A model generated the notes under the pieces. The model was given only the letters and a program-made list of their open reading frames with translations, searched no databases and had not been told where the DNA came from. Shown piece after piece: positions 9,344 through 16,376 of a stretch of DNA of 64,000 nt (positions within the stretch are counted from its first letter, which is position 1; every line of letters begins with the position of its first letter). Source of the stretch: Chloracidobacterium sp. (GTDB lineage: Bacteria; Acidobacteriota; Blastocatellia; Pyrinomonadales; Pyrinomonadaceae); the NCBI GenBank assembly GCA_016716365.1, contig JADJWM010000017.1:258401-322400 (forward strand), given 5' to 3'. The position numbers and the translations under genes are program-made.

Positions 9344-10474
9344 ATGGACATTCTGAACAGCGGCTCGTTCGTCACGCTCGACAATCGCGAAAAGATCGAT
9401 CAGCTCATCTACACCGCCCGGGAACTCGCGACCGAGGTGAGTCGCGCGGAAGGCTTCCAGAACGGCGGGCAGACCAATCATCAATTAGGACTCGAGATGT
9501 GGAAGGGGGCTGAGTACATGTGCAGGTCCCACGAGGAAGCAAACATCCGGAACCTATTTCTTAGCAAATTCCTCGAACGACTTCGCGAGATCGAAAAGGA
9601 AAGAGGTGCCCAGACCAAGTCGGTCGTCGCTACGCCGGATAGTAGTGCATTTATTCCGGTTCCGAAGACCGAGCCCGTTTCAACACAAACGCCTGCGATA
9701 ACGCAGGCGAGGCCGGAGCAGTCGCCACCTAACGAGGCCAGGGATGAGTACCTGGGAGTGCTTTCCGGTGAGGATGCCGAGAACAAGCGACCATCCTACG
9801 CCGACGAGTGCGTGCCGGAATGCGAAGCGGATATCGAGGCGATCGTGGACAGGCTCGATAATGAAAGTGCCGCCCCGGATGACAATCACCGATCCGGAGA
9901 GATCGGCACCCTCGCAGTGCAACCGGAGACAGGGGCAGTCTCCGAAGTTGGTGCCATCGAAACGGCGGCGGACCGTTCCGAATCCGTCGAACGAGGCGGC
10001 TCAAACGATGTCCCTGACGAAGAAGCCCGTCCCGACCTGACAGAACCCGTTGAGCCGGAGTCGATCCCGTCGATCGTTCTGGCCGAAAAAGAGCCGTACA
10101 ACCTCGACGCGTGCACCATCACTGCCGTCATCCAAGTGCTTCCGGAAGAGTCCGGGATACGCAAATGTGTTGTCAGCCTGCGAACCCACGATTTCGCGCC
10201 GGTGGTCACGGTCAGCGAGGGCGACGCCGGGGCGATCCTCCCGCACGTATCCGCCGCGTTGAACGACGCCTTGGCAAGATACCGGATCGATCTGCCCGCG
10301 AAAGCGGCCGACAAACTGAAGAAGCAAAAGCCCGCCGCCAAGAAACAAACTAAGTCAGGCGCGAAGCCGGCGAACGCAGCAACGGTTCCGTCCAATGCGC
10401 CAACCACGGTCGCCGCCTCTCCCGCCCCGAATCCCGAAACGGATCAAGGCCAGCGGGGGCTGTTCGCGTCCTGA
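9344..10474 (+). CDS. Hypothetical acidic low-complexity protein with Lys/Ala/Pro-rich tail (possibly PRTRC protein E-like)
   Basis: ATG at 9344 preceded by AGGAGAGG. Structured N-terminus, long D/E/P-rich middle, C-terminal KKQKPAAKKQTKSGAKPANA... tail. First gene of the coupled operon. Confidence 0.5.
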   Translation: MDILNSGSFVTLDNREKIDQLIYTARELATEVSRAEGFQNGGQTNHQLGLEMWKGAEYMCRSHEEANIRNLFLSKFLERLREIEKERGAQTKSVVATPDSSAFIPVPKTEPVSTQTPAITQARPEQSPPNEARDEYLGVLSGEDAENKRPSYADECVPECEADIEAIVDRLDNESAAPDDNHRSGEIGTLAVQPETGAVSEVGAIETAADRSESVERGGSNDVPDEEARPDLTEPVEPESIPSIVLAEKEPYNLDACTITAVIQVLPEESGIRKCVVSLRTHDFAPVVTVSEGDAGAILPHVSAALNDALARYRIDLPAKAADKLKKQKPAAKKQTKSGAKPANAATVPSNAPTTVAASPAPNPETDQGQRGLFAS

Positions 10475-10504
10475 ACCTACGCAAGAGTCCCAGGAGAATC
10501 GAAT

Positions 10505-10762
10505 ATGGAACAGAAGAAAGGAACACCGGCTTCTGAAGCGGCCGCCAGCGTGGAGCGCGTCACGGAGCCGAAGGCGACGATCAAGATCGAAGGGCAGGAG
10601 TTCGAGCTGGACGCCGCGTTGGCACAGGAGGACAAGACCTTGAAGGTCGTCCTCCAGCCGCACTTCGCCTCGGTCGAGAACGCGAACATCACGCGCGAGG
10701 TGAAGGAGGGGAAACTTACGGTCACGATCGTCAAGCGTGCCCAGCATAAGGGGGCTCGGTGA
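10505..10762 (+). CDS. Small protein, candidate ubiquitin-like (beta-grasp) modifier / PRTRC protein C-like
   Basis: 85 aa with AGGAGA RBS. The last ~60 aa alternate beta-like and helix-like segments (TIKIEGQEFELD..., KLTVTIVKR). GTGA overlap with the next gene. Sits in an operon with E2-like, JAB and E1-like genes. Confidence 0.45.
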   Translation: MEQKKGTPASEAAASVERVTEPKATIKIEGQEFELDAALAQEDKTLKVVLQPHFASVENANITREVKEGKLTVTIVKRAQHKGAR

Positions 10763-11001
10763 ACCTCGAAACCCCGCTCGATCTATTGATCGGCGAGACG
10801 GAACGAGTGAACCCGGCGATCCTCCTGGCCGAGGAGTTCATGCGAAGAGACGCCGCCGACCTTCTCAGCGCGGATGAGATAGATCGGGCGGCGGAGGTCC
10901 TGAACGACGGCCGGGCGGAGATCGAGACGATCAGGCGTCAGATCGCGGCCTTCGCGAGATCATCCCCGAGTGCGTCGAGCCGGACCCCGATAGGATTCTA
11001 G
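10759..11001 (+). CDS. Hypothetical protein (same frame as the next ORF, separated by one TAG)
   Basis: GTG start overlapping the previous stop. Ends at TAG 10999-11001. The following ORF starts at 11005 in the identical frame. Confidence 0.4.
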   Translation: MNLETPLDLLIGETERVNPAILLAEEFMRRDAADLLSADEIDRAAEVLNDGRAEIETIRRQIAAFARSSPSASSRTPIGF

Positions 11002-11004
11002 CCA

Positions 11005-11832
11005 GTGAGTGTACAGTTCAAGTCACCAAGTTCGAGCGAACGTGGGTTCGGCGAGCGGCTTTCGAGATCGCTCGAGTACCTAAGCTTCAAAGCCCGAAGT
11101 CACAACGCTATCGCGTCTTACGAACTTGTCGAACGAGTTCTCTCCGAGCAGCGAAAGTACGTGATGTATCGAGAGATGTTCCCGGCGGAGTGGAAGCGAT
11201 CAAGGGCAAGTCTGTACCGGCGCGGGTATTACACGAGGTACAGCGAGCGTGTGAACGAACTGTTCAATCTGGTCAATGAAAATTGTTTTCCGTTGCTGGA
11301 GTTCGCCTACGACGATCCGGAGAACGAGTTCGAGAAGTTCGCGATCCCGCCGATGAACGTCGATCTGTGCTGCGAGGAAATCTACTTCGAGAATCTGAAG
11401 GTCAGTTACGCCGCCGCGTTGATCTTTTGCGTCCCCGACGAGGCGTGGGACTTCCTGAACCATCGATTCAACTTGTCGAGAAGCGATTTTCCGGAAATAG
11501 TTGCCGATCCCCACCCGAACGTATGGGACGGAAAGAACGGCTGGCTGCTCGGGGAACTCTTGCGATTGGTCGATCACTCCACGGGCAATCCGTGGCTCGA
11601 CAGCAACTACTGCCAAACGGCCGATTGGTACGACTGGGACCGGGAAACGATCGCGGGGCTCACCGCCGAGTATGAAGCCGCCAACGAGGTCTTCGAAAAG
11701 CTTAACGTGCTCGACGAGATGATCGAGGTCGATCCGGGAAAGATGCTGCGGGCACTGATCGACTTCTGGAACACGGGCAAGCATCCGGGATTGGTGTTGC
11801 CATCGCCGCCCGCATCGGAGAACCATCTATGA
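11005..11832 (+). CDS. Hypothetical protein (with 10759-11001, possibly PRTRC protein F-like)
   Basis: 275-aa ORF with coding-like composition. ATGA overlap with the downstream ERF gene. Confidence 0.55.
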   Translation: MSVQFKSPSSSERGFGERLSRSLEYLSFKARSHNAIASYELVERVLSEQRKYVMYREMFPAEWKRSRASLYRRGYYTRYSERVNELFNLVNENCFPLLEFAYDDPENEFEKFAIPPMNVDLCCEEIYFENLKVSYAAALIFCVPDEAWDFLNHRFNLSRSDFPEIVADPHPNVWDGKNGWLLGELLRLVDHSTGNPWLDSNYCQTADWYDWDRETIAGLTAEYEAANEVFEKLNVLDEMIEVDPGKMLRALIDFWNTGKHPGLVLPSPPASENHL

Positions 11833-12326
11833 ACAAGAGCGAAAGCATCGCCAATCTCGCGAAATCCCTCGCCCTGGTGCAGGCGAATCTGGCACCGGCG
11901 AAGCGCGACTCCACCAACCCGTTCTTCAACTCGACGTACGCCGATCTCACCTCGGTGTGGGGGAGCTGTCGCGAACTCCTGGCTAAACACGGGCTCAGCG
12001 TGATCCAGGGTAACAGCATCGGGGCGAACAACACGGTCATCGTCGAGACGATCCTCGCTCATGAGTCGGGCCAGTGGATCCAAAGCGAGCTGTGCATGCC
12101 GCTCGCGAAGAACGATCCGCAGGGGGTCGGTTCGGCGATCACGTACGGCAGGCGTTACGGCTTGGCGGCGATTGTCGGGATAGTCGCCGACGACGATGAC
12201 GACGGGAACGCGGCATCGCTCAAGAGCGGCAACGGCCATGTCCAGCCCCCGACGAAGAACCAGCAACCGTCGTACCGCCGCCGTCCCGTCGGCCAGCCCG
12301 CGAACGGGTCCGTCCAGGTCAGTTGA
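11829..12326 (+). CDS. ERF-family single-strand annealing protein
   Basis: N-terminal IANLAKSLALVQANLAPAKRDSTNPFFNSTYADLTSVWGSCRELLAKHGLSVIQ matches the ERF-superfamily core pattern. Acidic DDDDD tail. Confidence 0.7.
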   Translation: MNKSESIANLAKSLALVQANLAPAKRDSTNPFFNSTYADLTSVWGSCRELLAKHGLSVIQGNSIGANNTVIVETILAHESGQWIQSELCMPLAKNDPQGVGSAITYGRRYGLAAIVGIVADDDDDGNAASLKSGNGHVQPPTKNQQPSYRRRPVGQPANGSVQVS

Positions 12327-12338
12327 CCGAAATCCGTC

Positions 12339-13016
12339 ATGCGAAATCACAAAGTCCCGCCGGATGCGGAAGCCGCCCTCTACTTCCTCCCCGGCCAGTA
12401 CTTATTCGAAGCGTTCCGTGAGAACGGACACGGGCTGAAGGCGTTGTCCAGCGTGCAGGTGACGAGGGCGTTTCGCGATCTTCAGACCGATACCGGGTGG
12501 ATAGATCGGAGAATATTAAGGTATCGCGAAGCGACGGACGGAATCGCGATTCTCTCGTTTCTTCCAGCAGGCTCGCGAACGATCACGGTGGCGTTTCCGA
12601 ACGACCGTGTCGAGGCGCTGACCCTGCCGCTCCCGACCTTGATCCTCCTCGGGAAGGGGAAAGACTACTATCTTTGGGCGGCCGGAACTTCGAAGGTGAC
12701 CCGGAGCACACGACTCGCCGTCGCTCCGTTGCCGAACATCGGCTCAGGGAAGATCTGCTTCGGGAAAAACGAGGTGCCGGAGACACATCCGTCCGCGCTT
12801 ACCACCATCTGGAAGCTCATTTTCGACGCGCCGTTCAACGGCGACCATTCGGCGGGGCGGTGCCAAACGGAGGACGACGTTCGCGACCTGCTCGCGAAGT
12901 TGGCCGCTGACAAAGTGAAGAAGTTTCCAACGCCGCAATTAATCATGTCGTCGAGCACCGTCGAGGACGCGTGGGAAAGCATAGTCGAACGTACCCGATA
13001 CGACAGTCGGTTTTAG
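12339..13016 (+). CDS. E2 (UBC)-like protein / PRTRC protein B-like
   Basis: LPNIGSGKICFG (12729-12764) resembles the eukaryotic E2 HPNI-x3-G-x-IC active-site motif. Candidate catalytic Cys codon at 12756-12758. Lies immediately upstream of the JAB and E1-like genes. Confidence 0.6.
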   Translation: MRNHKVPPDAEAALYFLPGQYLFEAFRENGHGLKALSSVQVTRAFRDLQTDTGWIDRRILRYREATDGIAILSFLPAGSRTITVAFPNDRVEALTLPLPTLILLGKGKDYYLWAAGTSKVTRSTRLAVAPLPNIGSGKICFGKNEVPETHPSALTTIWKLIFDAPFNGDHSAGRCQTEDDVRDLLAKLAADKVKKFPTPQLIMSSSTVEDAWESIVERTRYDSRF

Positions 13017-13029
13017 CACCGATTTTCTT

Positions 13030-13689
13030 ATGTCATCGAACCTCTTCGTTCCACCAAAACTTGTGGGGCATCGCATCGCTGCGTCTGAAAATGACCCGAT
13101 CGAAGCCGCGTTGTACGAATACCTTCTGGCCGGAAACGGGTTGTTCGTTCGGGCTAGACGCCGGGAGTTCGCCGTGTCGTTACCGGTCTGCACCCGGAAG
13201 ATCGTCGGACTCACGAACCAAACAGTGGGAATCTGGTGGACAACAAGGACGAAGATACGCGCGTCGTTGTGGAGCGAGATCTTGCAGCACAGTCAGAAAA
13301 CGCATACTTCGTCTTGTTTCAAGGAAGAAGTCTACCTGATCTATTGGGATAGACTTCTCGGCGCTTGGCGGTGGCGGGCTTCGGGCCGCGACAGCAATTG
13401 GGCATCGACGATCGCGGACGACAGCTTGCCCGAGTACGTGGAGTGCTGCATCGAACTGCACACCCACCCGCCCGGGGCTTTGAGCTTCAGCGCGGCAGAC
13501 GACCGCGACGAACTCGGAAAGTTCCGCATCTTCGCGATCCTCATCGATGTCCACGATAAGCCAAAGATACGGTTCCGCTGCGGCGTCTACGAACATCTTG
13601 TCCCGATCCCCGCCGCATGGGTCAGCGAGATGCCGGACGGCATCGTCGACCTCAACGAGATCGAGGCGCTTGTGGAGATGTTGTCGTGA
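13030..13689 (+). CDS. JAB/MPN (JAMM) metalloprotease / PRTRC protein A-like
   Basis: Exact JAMM motif H-T-H-PPGALSF-S-AA-D (HxHx7Sx2D) at 13459-13500. Confidence 0.8.
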   Translation: MSSNLFVPPKLVGHRIAASENDPIEAALYEYLLAGNGLFVRARRREFAVSLPVCTRKIVGLTNQTVGIWWTTRTKIRASLWSEILQHSQKTHTSSCFKEEVYLIYWDRLLGAWRWRASGRDSNWASTIADDSLPEYVECCIELHTHPPGALSFSAADDRDELGKFRIFAILIDVHDKPKIRFRCGVYEHLVPIPAAWVSEMPDGIVDLNEIEALVEMLS

Positions 13690-14534
13690 ACCGGATAGAT
13701 CTCAGCTTCGCGAACGCGGGCGTCGTGATGCCCAAAGAACATAACAAACTCCGGATCATACAGGTCGGTGCGGGCGGAACGGGATCGTTCGCGGCACTCG
13801 CCATCGCCCGGTTCCTGTACGAGCTGAAAGAGTCGGGAAAGGCAGCCGAAATGCTCATCATCGATCCGGATGTGGTCGAGGCCGGAAATATACCCCGAAG
13901 CAATTTCTGCGCTGCGGAGATAGGGAGTTTCAAGGCCCAGACTCTAGCGACTCGCATCGCGCTCGCGTGGGGGCTGGAATGCGGCTACGCGAACGAGAGA
14001 TTCGACGCCGAGGCGCATCTGAAGCAATCGTCGGGCGACTACCGCAACCTCACTGTGATCGTCGGTTGCGTGGACAACCACCTCGCGAGGCGCGAGATGC
14101 ACCTGGCCGTCGAAAAGCATCAGGGCTATAGATCGGACGACGCGCCGAACATCTGGTGGATCGACGGCGGTAACGGGAGATTCTCCGGGCAGGTACTTAT
14201 CGGCTCGAACGCGAAGCCGATGAAAGCCGTGAAGCTCTTCGTTGGTTCCAGCATCTGCCGATCCCTGCCCGCTCCGTCATTAGTTCATCCGGAGCTGCTG
14301 ACGGACTTGGAAAAAGCGACTAGGCCGATCACCCAAGTCTCGTGCCCGGACCGCGTTCGACTCGGAGAGCAGAGCCTGAATGTGAATCAGCGGGTCGCGG
14401 TCGAGATCGGCGAGATGCTCTCGGCAATGTTCCTTACACGAAATCTCCGACGCTTCGCGACCTACTTCGATCTCGAGACGGGGACGAGCCGTTCACTCTA
14501 CTGCACTCCGGATCAGATCGAATCAGCGACCTGA
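13686..14534 (+). CDS. ThiF/MoeB-type E1-like adenylating enzyme (PRTRC ThiF-like)
   Basis: Rossmann loop GAGGTG (13767-13784). IIDPDVVEAGNIPRSNF corresponds to DxDxVxxSNLxRQ. Also GCVDN. GTG at 13686 overlaps the JAB stop (GTGA). An alternative ATG lies at 13728. The track start at 13617 overlaps the JAB gene by 73 nt. Confidence 0.85.
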   Translation: MNRIDLSFANAGVVMPKEHNKLRIIQVGAGGTGSFAALAIARFLYELKESGKAAEMLIIDPDVVEAGNIPRSNFCAAEIGSFKAQTLATRIALAWGLECGYANERFDAEAHLKQSSGDYRNLTVIVGCVDNHLARREMHLAVEKHQGYRSDDAPNIWWIDGGNGRFSGQVLIGSNAKPMKAVKLFVGSSICRSLPAPSLVHPELLTDLEKATRPITQVSCPDRVRLGEQSLNVNQRVAVEIGEMLSAMFLTRNLRRFATYFDLETGTSRSLYCTPDQIESAT

Positions 14535-14549
14535 AGGAAGCGATAAGTT

Positions 14550-14879
14550 ATGTCGAGGCTTCTCACCGAAGAGCTTAGTAGATCTCTACCAAAACTGCGT
14601 GCTCAGGAGAGGTCGGAGGACCCAATCGTTCACGCGATCTTCTTCTTTCCATTGAGCGATTGGAAATGGTTCGTGACGGAAGGGGAACGGAACGGGAACG
14701 ATGTGACTTTTTTCGGCTATGTGGAAGGCTTTGAGGCCGAACTGGGCCATTTTACTTTAAGCGAACTCGGAGGCGTGGATATCGACGGGTTCAAGATCGA
14801 ACGCGTTGAGGATTTCGAGCCAGCACCGTTGCAACACTGCCTCGAACTCCACTCTGGCAGATCGAGAACAAGCGGTTGA
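14550..14879 (+). CDS. DUF2958 domain protein
   Basis: EDPIVHAIFFFPLSDWKWFVTEGERNGNDVTFFGYVEGFEAELGHFTLSEL matches the DUF2958 pattern common on conjugative elements. Confidence 0.7.
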   Translation: MSRLLTEELSRSLPKLRAQERSEDPIVHAIFFFPLSDWKWFVTEGERNGNDVTFFGYVEGFEAELGHFTLSELGGVDIDGFKIERVEDFEPAPLQHCLELHSGRSRTSG

Positions 14880-15226
14880 CGGAAGAGGCACATGGAACGT
14901 CAGCAATCAACAATTCAGGCGAATGGGCATCCGTCCATTCCGCCGACAAACTCGCTCGCGTCGTCGGTTCTGCGGAACATATTCGGACGTGGCTCACAAG
15001 AAATATCGGAAGAGCGATCCGATCACCAACGCGCCCCGGAGGACTGCGGGCGGGGGAAACAAACCGGCGCCGCAATGTCTGATTCACCAGCTTCAGCAAT
15101 GGCGAGGAATGCTATTGACCGCCTTTCCGCACGAAAGAGAGAGCAGCCGTCCGGCTTGGGATCGGCATCGACGAGGTTGAATCGCTGCCGTTCGATCTTT
15201 CGAGACTTGAGAGCGAAGGGATCTTC

Positions 15227-16321
15227 ATGAACATCGACTGCCGCGGATTCGGCTGTCTCGTCAGGCAGTTGGAGTGGAAGGCGCTTGGCGTAAAGCTGCC
15301 GGAAGATGCGGCCGTGCGGGTCAGCCCACCACGCGCCGGGTTGCTCCCTGATGTCTATCGAAACAAGCTGATGCGCGGCGCGGCTCAGGCACACCACGCG
15401 CTGAACCGATATAGTTTCCGGTTTACGCTCTGCGAAACGGTCTGGGGGACAAGCGAGTACAAGTGGATCCCTTGGGGTGCGTTCGAGCAGTTCGAGACGG
15501 AATATCTGAAAGCGAACGAAACGCTTGCGGCGGCGAAGGCGGAGACGCTTGGGAATTACGACGACATCCTAACCGTCCTGCAAGATAGTTTCTACAAACT
15601 CGCGGAAGACTCGGCGGACCGGTTCCAGGCGACCACGAGCGAGCCTTTCGACCGGGCCGAGTTCATCAATGCGGTCGCGGCCCAGGCGATCGGGATGGTG
15701 CCGACTCCGGCGATGATCAGAGACGGTCTGACGATTGAGATGAGGCCCAAGGTGGTAATCCTGGGTTCGGAGGTGGCCGCCGAACAGAAATTGACGCGCG
15801 AATTAAGACTCGAGGCAACGCGGGCGGAAACGGAGACCCGTGCCGTCGAGATCGAAGCGAAGACCAGGAACAACATCGAGCGGCTGAAAGTGGCCGGCTT
15901 TGAGGAAGACCAGCGCCGCGAGCGAGAGGTCAAGGAACGAATACGCGATATGAAGATCGAGGCGGCCCGCCGCGAGGCGGAGGAGGCGGTCTCGCCGATC
16001 AAGGAAGGTCTGGCCCAGATCGCCGCGAGGATATGCGAAGCGGCGCAGGAGATGTCCGTGCGGCTGAAAGATGCGAACTTCGTACCGGGCAGCCTCGCGA
16101 AACGGGCCCGCCAGATGTGCGAATGGTACAGCCTCATGAACTTCACGGGTGATGACTCTCTCGAAGACGTGCTCGCCAAATTGCAGGACGCCGCCGGCCG
16201 CGAAGCCAAGCAGCGCTCCCCGGAAGAGATGCGGGACGCCCTCAACGATGTCCTGCGTGCGACCACCGTTCAGTCCAGAAAACTCCTCGACGAAGACCGA
16301 CTATCAGCCCTCGAACTCTGA
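15227..16321 (+). CDS. Hypothetical protein with E/R-rich coiled-coil centre
   Basis: 364-aa ORF. Central EATRAETETRAVEIEAKTRNNIERLKVAGFEEDQRREREVKERIRDMKIEAARREAEE segment. No recognised catalytic motif. Confidence 0.55.
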   Translation: MNIDCRGFGCLVRQLEWKALGVKLPEDAAVRVSPPRAGLLPDVYRNKLMRGAAQAHHALNRYSFRFTLCETVWGTSEYKWIPWGAFEQFETEYLKANETLAAAKAETLGNYDDILTVLQDSFYKLAEDSADRFQATTSEPFDRAEFINAVAAQAIGMVPTPAMIRDGLTIEMRPKVVILGSEVAAEQKLTRELRLEATRAETETRAVEIEAKTRNNIERLKVAGFEEDQRREREVKERIRDMKIEAARREAEEAVSPIKEGLAQIAARICEAAQEMSVRLKDANFVPGSLAKRARQMCEWYSLMNFTGDDSLEDVLAKLQDAAGREAKQRSPEEMRDALNDVLRATTVQSRKLLDEDRLSALEL

Positions 16322-16376
16322 TTTCGGCCGTCGAGCGTGCGACCCACGATCGAAAAAATCGACAAACCAAACGAAC

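Noticed and set aside
13617-13685. Upstream extension of the E1-like ORF (track start 13617).
   Set aside because: It overlaps the JAB gene end and encodes an Arg-rich string. The GTG at 13686 overlapping the JAB stop fits the coupling seen elsewhere in the operon.
14892-15230. 112-aa ORF in the DUF2958 / coiled-coil intergenic region.
   Set aside because: Biased Arg/Ser/Ala composition, no motif and no obvious RBS. Kept only as a note because its stop overlaps the ATG at 15227.
16149-16376. Upstream extension of the AAA+ ORF (track start 16149).
   Set aside because: It overlaps the preceding gene by 173 nt and translates to Pro/Ser/Cys-rich low-complexity sequence. The ATG at 16377 gives a clean N-terminus (MTTTEPDARSVDRFLREL...).
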